A stretch of DNA of 47,222 nt, from positions 1 to 47,222 of IMG/VR virus record IMGVR_UViG_3300000976_000008, one strand, 5' to 3'. A model generated the notes under the pieces. The model had not been told where the DNA came from. It searched no databases and saw only the letters and a list, made by a program, of their open reading frames with translations. Position numbers and translations under genes: made by a program. The stretch's first letter is position 1. The number at the start of each line of letters is the position of its first letter. Below are positions 26,452-35,969 of the stretch, piece after piece. This stretch comes from a virus. Lineage: Duplodnaviria > Heunggongvirae > Uroviricota > Caudoviricetes.

Positions 26452-27751
26452 GGCTAAAACTCCAGAGCAACAAGGCCGTCCTCAACTAAGACTAATGTTT
26501 GACATTGGGGGATTAGGGGATACTGATTTTGGGGATAAATTCTCGAAGTTCGAATTCAAATCAATGCTGAACGGTGGATATATCGTTCGATGCACATTGT
26601 TTGATACTCACTTCAACCTTCTTAGCTTACTTATAGAGAACGGATATCTTGAGAAATCAAGAAGCCAAATTCTGCCCATACGTTTTCAAATGAAATGGAG
26701 CAAAGAAGCTTCAAATCCCAAATCTGCAACAAGATTACAAAAAGCTATTGTATTATCTTTAAAGGCAATAGGTAGCGGACCAGATAAGGGACAATTAGAA
26801 TTCATAGCGATGGACCCACCATCTTGGTACTTGAACACCGGTGACGCTTCTGGGGAAGTATACGAAGGGAAAGTAAGCCAAGTAATAGAACAAGTAATTA
26901 CTAAATATGCACCAGATGTAAGTTTGGATATCAGTAGTACAATTGACAATGAGAAAAATAAATTCTGGATGATGAGACAAGATCCAAAAACGTTCATCTC
27001 TAGTTTAGTCGATTGGTCATCAGCAGTAACAAGAAATAAAACCCATTGGGTTATTGCTATGGATGGAGATAAATTATCCATCAAAGAACAAGCAGAACTC
27101 CAATCCAAACCGCGTGCATATTATCGTTATTGGAAAGGAGCTGGAGGTATGGACACCATCAAATCGTGGGAATTCTTGGCAAACAACGCATTATCAATCA
27201 TAGAAACAAAGATTATCACTCAAGGTCTAAGTGCGATCTCAGGTCAATATCTAGATAAGATTACCGACGAAAAAGAAAGAAAAGTATTCGCCAAGGATAC
27301 TACAACACCGAATAAAAAGACAGCACAAACAAGTAGAAGAGAATCATTCAAAAAGCCAGATGACTCACCAGCCCAAGAAATTGGGTGGACCTCAGTGCCT
27401 GGTATACCAGAAGTCTACTCCGCAGGGGATCTAGGTTTACCATACGAAAGATATATAGATGGCAGACCAAGAGGAATGTGGCTTAACATGACCAACAACC
27501 TAATGAGAATCAAACTCAAGGTTTTGGGACACGGAGAATGGTCTGACGGCATCGGTCTTGGTTGCGACACAGTCTATTTAAAGTGGCTCACAGCTGGTGG
27601 TGAGGCTAATAAGAAATACTTCTTAAATGGAAACTGGATAGTTTATGGTTTCCATCATGTTGCCACAAGAAGAATGTGGGACACTAATTTGTTCTTAGCA
27701 AGATACGATTTCGATTCAGCATCTCGAAAAGTTGGTGGCGATCCTGGTTAA
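26450..27751 (+). CDS. Baseplate hub protein, gp27 / Mu gp44-like, on the opposite strand
   Basis: Beta-rich N-domain, VSQVIEQVITKY, WMMRQD..TFI..L, IKLKVLG..., LNGNWIVYGFHH; embedded in the baseplate cluster. Confidence 0.7.
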   Translation: MAKTPEQQGRPQLRLMFDIGGLGDTDFGDKFSKFEFKSMLNGGYIVRCTLFDTHFNLLSLLIENGYLEKSRSQILPIRFQMKWSKEASNPKSATRLQKAIVLSLKAIGSGPDKGQLEFIAMDPPSWYLNTGDASGEVYEGKVSQVIEQVITKYAPDVSLDISSTIDNEKNKFWMMRQDPKTFISSLVDWSSAVTRNKTHWVIAMDGDKLSIKEQAELQSKPRAYYRYWKGAGGMDTIKSWEFLANNALSIIETKIITQGLSAISGQYLDKITDEKERKVFAKDTTTPNKKTAQTSRRESFKKPDDSPAQEIGWTSVPGIPEVYSAGDLGLPYERYIDGRPRGMWLNMTNNLMRIKLKVLGHGEWSDGIGLGCDTVYLKWLTAGGEANKKYFLNGNWIVYGFHHVATRRMWDTNLFLARYDFDSASRKVGGDPG

Positions 27752-28062
27752 TCAATAACCGGAAATACTATACTATCGATCGGATACTCTATCGTATCCC
27801 CAGCACGTGGCCAGTTCAATGGATCACGAACTCCATTGAACGCTATCAATACCCAATCTAAAAGTGGTGTCCCATATAGTTGATTAGAGATAAGGTCTGG
27901 TTTACCTTCTGTGCGAGATGTGACCCTATATCTATCTATCTTATCCTCACTTGGCCTGGTCTTCAAAAAAGAAGGTCTATTCCAGACACCAAATGTTTCA
28001 TTTCCATCTACTATCAATTCTTCAGTCTGGAAGAATCGAGAAAAGTCATCTAAATCAGCCAT
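27748..28062 (-). CDS. Baseplate wedge protein, gp53 / LysM-like
   Basis: YRV....GKPDLISNQLYGTPLLDWVLIAFN...DPLNWP.AGDTI.YP; TAATG coupling with the upstream gene. Confidence 0.85.
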   Translation of the reverse strand: MADLDDFSRFFQTEELIVDGNETFGVWNRPSFLKTRPSEDKIDRYRVTSRTEGKPDLISNQLYGTPLLDWVLIAFNGVRDPLNWPRAGDTIEYPIDSIVFPVID

Positions 28063-28664
28063 TAGTACCAAGCCTGATTCTCTCTATCGGCGAGTTTGGT
28101 GATATTTTGGACAGTATCACCACCGTCTTCACTAGTTGCTTTGGTCCAGATTCTAAAATCGATGGTGACATCGCTGCGTAGTGGGAAGGCACTGCCTGGA
28201 TCACCGGGTGGGTAAACCAAAGTCTCACTAGGTTTAACATCAATCGATTTCAAACGACCCGTAGCAATTTGCCCAGCAGCAGGAAGAAGACACCATAAGG
28301 TAGCCTCGACAACCAAGTTAACACGAGCAGCACCAGGGTCACGAATCAAAGCAAAATAACCACGCAAAGTTCTTAATTGTGCTGATATTCTACCAATATT
28401 CCATTCACCACCATCAACAACATAGGTCGTTTGAATCGTTATCTCACGCGGTCCAGATGTTGAGAAAACAGCAACAGGTTCTACACCTCTGAGTTCACCC
28501 TCTTCCCATGTACCTTTACGAGAATCATTAACAACTTTTGGCGGAAATTGGAAATCAATTTGCCCAGAACTTCCACCACCGCCACAACCAGGTACTCCAT
28601 CGGAGAGTCTGAATACAACAGCATTTGTAAGTGCTAGGTCGCTAGGTGTGTATTGCCAAGCCAT
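28062..28664 (-). CDS. Tail tube initiator-like protein (gp48/gp54 or gpU-type)
   Basis: FQFPP....DSRK..WE....G.EP...F..SGPREI; directly after the tape measure and before the gp53-like gene. Confidence 0.7.
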   Translation of the reverse strand: MAWQYTPSDLALTNAVVFRLSDGVPGCGGGGSSGQIDFQFPPKVVNDSRKGTWEEGELRGVEPVAVFSTSGPREITIQTTYVVDGGEWNIGRISAQLRTLRGYFALIRDPGAARVNLVVEATLWCLLPAAGQIATGRLKSIDVKPSETLVYPPGDPGSAFPLRSDVTIDFRIWTKATSEDGGDTVQNITKLADRENQAWY

Positions 28665-28665
28665 G

Positions 28666-31600
28666 TTATCGACCCCACTGGTTCATCTCAGATTCCAAAC
28701 CTTGCTGCTTATCAGCCAGAACTGGAAGATATTGTTGAAGTAACTCGGCAATTGAAGCCATTTCTGATTCACCAGAGCCTGAGATACCCTCAACCTTACT
28801 ATTCAAATCATGTAATTCTTTAGCAATAGTAGCTAATAGAACCGTGTCCGCAGTTTCTTCTATCTCCGCACCAGTATCATTTGCAACTTGAATCTGAGTG
28901 ATAGCTTCAGATTTGATAACTTCATCAATTCCAGCATCTGAAGCAGCCGCCATAGCTGGGACAGCTTTAGTCTCAACAGCAGTTTGAATTCTTTGAGATG
29001 CCGCTTCCAATCGGAATGAGTATTTGTCTAAGGTGTTTGAAACACTTTCCATTTCAGCAGAAAGACTCTGACCAACACCATCAAATTTTAAGATCGCGTC
29101 ACCAAGATTATTCAGAATTTGAGCTAATTCATTAGCTGGTCCTGCTAGTTTCTCAGTCGCACTCTTCATCGATTCAGCAACAGCAGGTAATCTCTTGGCG
29201 AATTTCTCCATCTGCGGGATTGCCAAAATACCTGTTTCTGCCGCTTCTTTCATCGAATTGAACGGGGCATCTTTCATCACTTGGAATGCGTGAGCAATTT
29301 TGCTAACTGCATTACCAATTTTCTCGATCGTTGGGATCGACTTTCTAAACTTATCAAGAGAAGTTTCAAGCCACCACATGCCAGTGTAAATCGCCATCGA
29401 AGCTGGCACTAACCAAATACCAGCTTTGGTCAACATCAATGCAGCTTCTATCAACAAGAATGAAGCCCACGTCACACTTGCTGATCCAGACGCAAGCAAT
29501 GGTCCAGCGGCCATCAAAGCCCCACCAGAATAGTACAACCTATTCGCCGACTCTATGATAAATCTCGTCGAAGATATCATACTAACAGAAGCAAGAGTTA
29601 ACAACAGCACAGCAGAATTGAGAATTACTCCAGCCGATAACAATAACGAAGAACCAAAGATAAGAGCAAATGCCATTTGAATTATTGCGGGAGAGAGTGC
29701 AAAAGCACCGATCACAGCAAACAGTAGAGCACCAACACCGATCGCAAGTCTTACCGCTCCAGCCAAGATCAAAGTACCAGCAGAGATGAAGTTCTGGCCC
29801 ACCGCAACAAAGAGTAAACCAGCCGTGTTCAACATATTTGCAGAAGCGGATATTACTTCAGCACCACCCCACAAAATATTGGATGCAGAAACCAAGATTA
29901 TAGCACCAATCAATAATCCAGTAGAACCAGCAGTTAACCAAACACCAGCTAAAGCAAGAGTCACACTAGCATTGTAAAGTGCATTAATTGAATTAGTGTC
30001 TAACTTTTGGATAGCTTCACTAAGACGCTCCAACGCATCATCTAAAGCACCGCCAGCTTGACCAATCAAATTAGCGGCACGCATTATCGCCTGAGTACCA
30101 GCTAATAACGCAGCACCACCTTCGCCAACCTTCACACCATTATTATAAATAGTGTTCGCAGCACTACTCAAGAAGAACGCACCAACAGCAAACATTGCTG
30201 CACCAGCGACTAATGCAGGACCAGCTACAAGCATCAAGCCAGCAGCTACCGTAATCATCGGAACACCAGCCATCAACATCGACGCACTTGAAAGAATCAT
30301 TTGGCTTGATTCTAACAATGATGATGCAGCAGGTGCTAACATATTAGCTGCGGCTTGCATCGATGTCGCACCACCCAGTAGAAGAGTTCCACCAAGAGTT
30401 AACATACCACCAACAGCAATTGACAATGGTGCAGCAATAGCTAACGCATACATCCCAGCGAGCATCGCAAATGAAGCCGGAACAAAAGCAATTGCAGCAG
30501 CTAATAAGATACCAGAGGCAACCAACATCAACGAAGAACCTATAACCATGCCCCTACCGACATCGATTATAGTTCCAGAATCGAAACTCCCAATAGCTTC
30601 AACAATAGAAGCAAAAGCTGGAGCCAATGCCCATGCAGCCAATGCTACTACGAATAATGCTGCACCAAGGATCAATAAACCAGGAGCACCAATCAACGCA
30701 GCGGCTGAAACAAGCAATAAGCCAGCAGCTACCATAGGTAAGGCTACCCACATAGCCGGAGAGTGTGGACCAATAGCGTCGTGAATCAATTCAAAAGCTT
30801 CAGCGGCCATCTTAAGACCAGCACCCATCAACCAAGCTGCGGCACCAATCATCAAGACAGCGGCACCAATAGCCAATAAAGCAGGTATCACAGGCATCGC
30901 AAGATAGGCTAATCCTACCAGCACCAAGCCCAGAAGTCCAACAGCGGCAACCATCATTAAGATGCCACCAGCCATTTGACCCCAACCAAATTGGAGTAAC
31001 TCTCCGACACCTTTAGCGAAGAAGTAGGCTCCAACACCAGCCATCATTAAAGCCGCACCAAGAGCCAACAATGGAAGCATTACTGGTTGAACAGATTTTC
31101 CAAGAGCACCTAATCCTTGGCCGATAGATGTAAGTAGTTGTGCTATTACAGTTCCAACTGATTGTGCAACAGAAGAGATTATCCCACCAATACTAGCTGC
31201 CATTGATCCCATGGCACTAAACATCGAGGTCAATGCGGCACCAGCACCAGCTAAGCCAGCAAAAGCTGAACCAACAGCTACGATTGAAATAATTATCGCA
31301 CCTAGGAGTCCTAAGAACTCTTCACCAAGCTGTATTATGTCACCAATAATCCAAAGGTTTCGCAACCAATCATAGAATGAAGTAATCCAACCGATTACTG
31401 TGGCGATTGCTCCGGCTAATCTAGCCATCCATTTCAGCATTGGGACTAGAACAATGCCGATCAAAGAAGCAAAGTTCTTGAATATAAGACCTACATTCTC
31501 ATATAAATCTTCTAGAACTCTATTGAACCTTTGAGTAGCTGTAAAACTATCTTCTAAATTCTTTTGGGCTTGCTTCATTATGTCATTGAATGGAACATTT

Positions 31601-32982
31601 CCGCCACCCATTTGGTCACGGAGTTTATCCATCTCAATAGAAAGCATCATGGCTTCAGTAGAAGCGAAGCCCATCGATTTAGAAACAGCCTGAAGTTCTT
31701 TTTGTTTCTCAGCAGAATCCATGCCTGAATTCTGAATTCTATTAAATTCCTTAGAAGCTGCATCACCAGCCTCTACCATAGCACGTTGCATATCTTCAAC
31801 AGAATTGATGGCATCCATACCAGCAGCATCAGCTAATTTATAACTTGCAACCATATCTGTGGCCAACAAGTTCATCTGTGCTCTTGCAACTTCAGCATTA
31901 TAACCAACAGATTCGGCAAATCCACCCATCTGTACTTGGAGTTCGGTGAATTTTTCAACACCAGTATCGCCAAACATAGCCTTCAAATCGGCTACAGATA
32001 CAGTAGAATCACCTAATATATTATTCATCGCCGCAGCTGATAATCCAAATTTCCGCATAGATTCTTGGATTTTATTAAAAGCCAGTTCAGCAGAACCAGC
32101 GTCACCACCTGCTGCTCTCAATCTGCGGGAGTATTCAGCCAATGTATCAATACTGACTCCAGTAACGCGATTCAGCATTACTATCTGTTTAGCATACTTC
32201 CCTATTTCTTCGCGGGGAGTACGCACATCAGCAAGTGCTTTATATGCCGCTACCGATTCAGATTCCAGAATTCCTTGATCAGCAGCCAATTGTCTCGTTT
32301 GTTGAGCTAAGCCTTCCATAGAGCCATATGCCCTATAATTATTCTCAACAAATTGTTCTTGAATTTCGGTGGCTGCAGCAATTGTGTTAGCAATTCTTTC
32401 AAAAGCACGACCTAAGAATCTAACTACAGATAATGATGCCCCAACGGCTTTCGCAACATCATCAAAGGCACTTCCCAGATCCCGGACACTGCCTACTTCA
32501 TCTTCGACAAGACCTAATTCCTCCCTATGAAGGATATTCTTAGTCCTAATCGCATCGCTAATATCTTCGATGCCACTCAGTATATCAGAGGCACCTTCTT
32601 TTTCATTTAGTATATCATCGAGACCTTTTTCTCGAAGATCAGCATGTTCTTCGAGAATTTTCAAAGCTTCTCTCAACGTTCCTAATTGATCTTCAGAAAC
32701 GTCATTCATTTCTCCAAATGATGAAGCAATCGCTTGAGATGTACTATTTATATCACTAGAAATAGAATTTACTGTAACTGCGGAAGCTGCTGCAGCGTTC
32801 AAAGAACTGTCAAGACCCGCTGCAACATCAGTAATACTCCCTAGAGCAGATTGTGCCGCTCCAGATACCTGTTGCTCAACGTCCGTCGCTGATTGCCCAA
32901 ATTGATCCAAAGTGGAAAAGGCTTCTCGCGAATCCAATGCCATCTGAATTGAAAGGGCGTATACGTTTGGGTCAATAGCCAT
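28666..32982 (-). CDS. Tape measure protein (1438 aa)
   Basis: Long Ala/Gly/Leu-rich helical protein with an extended hydrophobic repeat region; immediately upstream of tube initiator and baseplate genes. Confidence 0.88.
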   Translation of the reverse strand: MAIDPNVYALSIQMALDSREAFSTLDQFGQSATDVEQQVSGAAQSALGSITDVAAGLDSSLNAAAASAVTVNSISSDINSTSQAIASSFGEMNDVSEDQLGTLREALKILEEHADLREKGLDDILNEKEGASDILSGIEDISDAIRTKNILHREELGLVEDEVGSVRDLGSAFDDVAKAVGASLSVVRFLGRAFERIANTIAAATEIQEQFVENNYRAYGSMEGLAQQTRQLAADQGILESESVAAYKALADVRTPREEIGKYAKQIVMLNRVTGVSIDTLAEYSRRLRAAGGDAGSAELAFNKIQESMRKFGLSAAAMNNILGDSTVSVADLKAMFGDTGVEKFTELQVQMGGFAESVGYNAEVARAQMNLLATDMVASYKLADAAGMDAINSVEDMQRAMVEAGDAASKEFNRIQNSGMDSAEKQKELQAVSKSMGFASTEAMMLSIEMDKLRDQMGGGNVPFNDIMKQAQKNLEDSFTATQRFNRVLEDLYENVGLIFKNFASLIGIVLVPMLKWMARLAGAIATVIGWITSFYDWLRNLWIIGDIIQLGEEFLGLLGAIIISIVAVGSAFAGLAGAGAALTSMFSAMGSMAASIGGIISSVAQSVGTVIAQLLTSIGQGLGALGKSVQPVMLPLLALGAALMMAGVGAYFFAKGVGELLQFGWGQMAGGILMMVAAVGLLGLVLVGLAYLAMPVIPALLAIGAAVLMIGAAAWLMGAGLKMAAEAFELIHDAIGPHSPAMWVALPMVAAGLLLVSAAALIGAPGLLILGAALFVVALAAWALAPAFASIVEAIGSFDSGTIIDVGRGMVIGSSLMLVASGILLAAAIAFVPASFAMLAGMYALAIAAPLSIAVGGMLTLGGTLLLGGATSMQAAANMLAPAASSLLESSQMILSSASMLMAGVPMITVAAGLMLVAGPALVAGAAMFAVGAFFLSSAANTIYNNGVKVGEGGAALLAGTQAIMRAANLIGQAGGALDDALERLSEAIQKLDTNSINALYNASVTLALAGVWLTAGSTGLLIGAIILVSASNILWGGAEVISASANMLNTAGLLFVAVGQNFISAGTLILAGAVRLAIGVGALLFAVIGAFALSPAIIQMAFALIFGSSLLLSAGVILNSAVLLLTLASVSMISSTRFIIESANRLYYSGGALMAAGPLLASGSASVTWASFLLIEAALMLTKAGIWLVPASMAIYTGMWWLETSLDKFRKSIPTIEKIGNAVSKIAHAFQVMKDAPFNSMKEAAETGILAIPQMEKFAKRLPAVAESMKSATEKLAGPANELAQILNNLGDAILKFDGVGQSLSAEMESVSNTLDKYSFRLEAASQRIQTAVETKAVPAMAAASDAGIDEVIKSEAITQIQVANDTGAEIEETADTVLLATIAKELHDLNSKVEGISGSGESEMASIAELLQQYLPVLADKQQGLESEMNQWGR

Positions 32983-33136
32983 TAGCGTCTCAGAAAGTTC
33001 TGACTTATTTATCTTCGCTTTAGAATTGACCTACAAGTATATCTTATTGTATTTAAACGTAAGGTATGGCTATTGAAGTATCCTCAAATTAACGATATAG
33101 GATAATTCTGCAACAGAAGTATAGAAAGGCAGAATA

Positions 33137-33628
33137 ATGACTAGCAACTTACCCTGGACAGAAGAAGAACTCAAAGTCTGGGTTGATTCATTGGATGCAA
33201 TAACTGGTGCCAAAGTAGCAAAGATGGCGAAATTGTGCAAAGCCGATGGTATGAGCACTTTTGAAGCCGTCACTGCGATCAGATACGACATGGAAACAAA
33301 GAAGGCAAAGAAACCAAGTGCCCTCGATGCATTCGCCGAAGAAAATACTCCAAGCTGGACTGAAGAAGAATTAGTCGCTTGGGTCAAAAAGCAAAATCCT
33401 AAGATGCAAGCAGAAATTGCTAGTAAAATCAAAGAATATAGAAGAAGAGGAATGGACCCAGTGATATTCCTCACAAAGGCAAGAGTCGCAGTAGAAGCCA
33501 AACAGGCAGATGAATCAGGACTTAAAGGTCTCTGGAAAATCTTCATGGCGGGTTGGGACGGATGGACAGAAGGTTCAGTCCGAGCCAACAAAGCTGCTGC
33601 TTACCGGAATCTGGCTAACATGAAGTAG
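33137..33628 (+). CDS. Hypothetical protein with two tandem ~65-aa WTEEEL..WV repeats
   Basis: SD-like GAAAGG upstream; LPWTEEELKVWV and PSWTEEELVAWV repeats. Confidence 0.75.
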   Translation: MTSNLPWTEEELKVWVDSLDAITGAKVAKMAKLCKADGMSTFEAVTAIRYDMETKKAKKPSALDAFAEENTPSWTEEELVAWVKKQNPKMQAEIASKIKEYRRRGMDPVIFLTKARVAVEAKQADESGLKGLWKIFMAGWDGWTEGSVRANKAAAYRNLANMK

Positions 33629-34385
33629 GCTGGTCAGCTTTCTTCGGCTTACAAACCCAACATCTTGTTGGTGCTTTGTAACCACTCATTTCGCGTTCTA
33701 CCTGGCACGTGACACAACGCCAACTCCGCGTTGTGTCACCAACTGCGATGCATTCCCAATTGCCTTCTAATCTGCCAATGCATTTACTTGTTTTTGTCTT
33801 ACGCATCTCTCTGCGTGTTATTTTAGCTTGTTCACGACCAAGCCGGTATCTCTCTTTAATGGGAAGACTTAAATACTCCCCTATAACCTGCATATCTTGA
33901 TGCTTGTCATATAATTGGCGAACCCGCTCTCTGGTGACGCCGAAATGCTTGGCCCATCCTGCCATATTATGGGTTTCGCCATTGAATTTCAACAGATTCC
34001 CACATTCGTCGGTTGTTTTCAAGAATCGCCAAGCACCTGGTTTAGGTTTCTCACCATTAAGACCAGTGATCTTCTTACATACAGAATCTTCTTCTTTCCA
34101 AGCGTCTATAACTTCCTTTTTAAATGCTTCACTAGAAGGCCATTCAGAACCTTCATTTGAAAAGATTTTACACCATGCAGAAGGTAAGCCAGTAAGTGGA
34201 TTACAAGTATAACATCGCGGTGCGTTATATACAAATTGCAATGCCGTTGTCTTCTCAGTTTGACATGTGACACAACTAATCACACAAGGAACAGATGTAC
34301 CACCACGTTCGCGATCGATTGAAACAATCTTGAAGTTGTGATAAACATCACCAACAAAATATTTGTAACGACCTGCATTTGTCAT
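33615..34385 (-). CDS. Zn-finger/HTH protein resembling a degenerate HNH homing-endonuclease scaffold
   Basis: Two CxxC..CxxC modules, FNGETHNMAGWAKHFGVTRERVRQL HTH, no intact HNH motif; starts 1 nt after the K+ channel stop. Confidence 0.6.
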   Translation of the reverse strand: MTNAGRYKYFVGDVYHNFKIVSIDRERGGTSVPCVISCVTCQTEKTTALQFVYNAPRCYTCNPLTGLPSAWCKIFSNEGSEWPSSEAFKKEVIDAWKEEDSVCKKITGLNGEKPKPGAWRFLKTTDECGNLLKFNGETHNMAGWAKHFGVTRERVRQLYDKHQDMQVIGEYLSLPIKERYRLGREQAKITRREMRKTKTSKCIGRLEGNWECIAVGDTTRSWRCVTCQVEREMSGYKAPTRCWVCKPKKADQPTSC

Positions 34386-35204
34386 CTATTCATCCATATG
34401 ATAATCGCGTTCCGCCTTCTTCATGAGACGCACTCTCTCGCGTTCTTTCTTCCACTCGTCTAGAGGGTCAACACTTGGGTCGTCCTCTAATGCCTGGACC
34501 GATTCGTGGGCCGAGGAAAAAGCGGAAATCCACATTCCAATAGCCGCAATCATCGGGACCAACATCACTCCCACAAATAACTTCCCACCAAGGGTCACAG
34601 GATAAGCATCACCATATCCAACAGTCGTACCCGTAACCATAGTGAACCAAGCAGCATCAAACAATCCACTAAATGTCTCTGGTTGCGAATCCCTCTCAAG
34701 TTCTAAGCAAACCACGGCAAAGAACAGGTAGAAAATACCCACCGACACCAGTAGTCCCTTGATCGCATAATAAGCCCGATAGAATTTCAAAGCAGTCAAT
34801 TGTAAACCACGACTGTATCTGAAGAATTTCAAAGCCCTCAAAATCCTCAAAGTCCTAACAAGACCGAGATATTCTATTGGGCAGATGAATCCAACCCAAA
34901 AAGGGATAATGGCGATTACATCGATCATACCCATAATATTGAACGGGTAACTTGTGTCCGGAGCATCGTAGTAGAAAGGATTTGATCTCCACCATCTTAC
35001 AAAGACTTCGACCGTAAACAAAATTGCGATGAATCGTTCAGACCATAAGAAAATGTGAGGGGATTCAAAACTGTTCTTCCATCCATTCCGGATACTAAGT
35101 TCTTCCTCGACCAGAAACATTACGATACTGATAATAACCAGCGGTTTCGCCAGCATATCAATAACTCGAATTGTCTTATCCCAAATATCAGCATCGTCGT
35201 ACAT
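34386..35204 (-). CDS. Voltage-gated potassium channel (6-TM, KvAP-like ion transport protein)
   Basis: Selectivity filter TTVGYGD, pore helix AAWFTMVT, S4 VRTLRILRALKFFRYSR, S2 ILFTVEVFVR, S3 IDVIAIIPF. Confidence 0.95.
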   Translation of the reverse strand: MYDDADIWDKTIRVIDMLAKPLVIISIVMFLVEEELSIRNGWKNSFESPHIFLWSERFIAILFTVEVFVRWWRSNPFYYDAPDTSYPFNIMGMIDVIAIIPFWVGFICPIEYLGLVRTLRILRALKFFRYSRGLQLTALKFYRAYYAIKGLLVSVGIFYLFFAVVCLELERDSQPETFSGLFDAAWFTMVTGTTVGYGDAYPVTLGGKLFVGVMLVPMIAAIGMWISAFSSAHESVQALEDDPSVDPLDEWKKERERVRLMKKAERDYHMDE

Positions 35205-35475
35205 TTAAGCATCCCGAATGGACCCTGTCGTATATCATCTGTAGTGATTCAGGGTCATATAGATCGATTGACAATTTATGACCAGCACAGCATGCACACT
35301 GCAAAGTAATGGTATTATTCTCAGCATCAGGTACTAGAAAGTATGGAACAAACTTCATATTGTATGAAGCAGCCATAGCTTTACCATCAGGGTCCCAACA
35401 CATCATTATTCCACTCTCGGCCATCAACCGAAAGTAGAAGTTTATAGTCTTATCTTGAGTGGACTGATAGAGCAT
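35188..35475 (-). CDS. Small hypothetical protein (CACC motif)
   Basis: TAATG coupling at 35473-35477; overlaps the channel start. Confidence 0.6.
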   Translation of the reverse strand: MLYQSTQDKTINFYFRLMAESGIMMCWDPDGKAMAASYNMKFVPYFLVPDAENNTITLQCACCAGHKLSIDLYDPESLQMIYDRVHSGCLNVRRC

Positions 35476-35969
35476 TAAACAGGTTGACCACAGCAATAAG
35501 CGGCAGGTTGTAAAAGCATATCAAATTCCATATTGCAGGATCTGCATTTCCGTTTACTTAATCCTGAATTTGCTAAGATAGTGTGGGACACAGATTGTAC
35601 GAATTGATTTGTAACAGAAGATGCTAGCTGAGCCAGAACACCTTTAAGAAAACCCTCCGCATTCGCGTTCAAATAATCCGTCGCAATTTTCTCAACATCA
35701 AGTTCAGTCATCCATTTGTTAGTAAGCTGGACGACAGATTCTTGCAATCTTGTATTCAATTCCTTGTAAATCATGGCAGTCAGGGGGGACTGTCGAGCGA
35801 TCCAAGGATCTCTGCCATTGTTATGGTTAATGTTTGTCTTGGTGAAATGAGCTAGGACAAGATTTATATGCTTGTCCCATTCATCATCGGTCATCAAATC
35901 AGTATACTTCTGTTTGATTTGAGCAGCGACTCTTTGCTCGATTGATAATGGTTCTTCTTTATCAGTCAT
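35475..35969 (-). CDS. Hypothetical protein with C-terminal Zn-ribbon (CRSC...CC)
   Basis: Coupled to the upstream gene at 35969; terminal CRSCNMEF...YCCGQP. Confidence 0.7.
   Translation of the reverse strand: MTDKEEPLSIEQRVAAQIKQKYTDLMTDDEWDKHINLVLAHFTKTNINHNNGRDPWIARQSPLTAMIYKELNTRLQESVVQLTNKWMTELDVEKIATDYLNANAEGFLKGVLAQLASSVTNQFVQSVSHTILANSGLSKRKCRSCNMEFDMLLQPAAYCCGQPV

Noticed and set aside
26449-27751. Invertible segment bounded by the CATG and TTAA palindromes
   Set aside because: The two ends differ and are only 4 nt; no long inverted repeats or recombinase nearby; inversion would strip the start codon.
29786-32310. Long + strand ORFs opposite the tape measure gene (e.g. 30152-30784)
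   Set aside because: Antisense shadows of an Ala-rich gene; no SD or recognisable motifs.
33073-33101. Sigma70-like promoter TTGAAG-17-TATAGG for the + strand orphan
   Set aside because: The -10 lacks the conserved final T and the region is AT-rich; not distinguishable from chance.
34386-35204. Eukaryotic giant virus origin suggested by the K+ channel
   Set aside because: Surrounding genes are T4-like with Shine-Dalgarno sites; the channel is of the prokaryotic 6-TM type.
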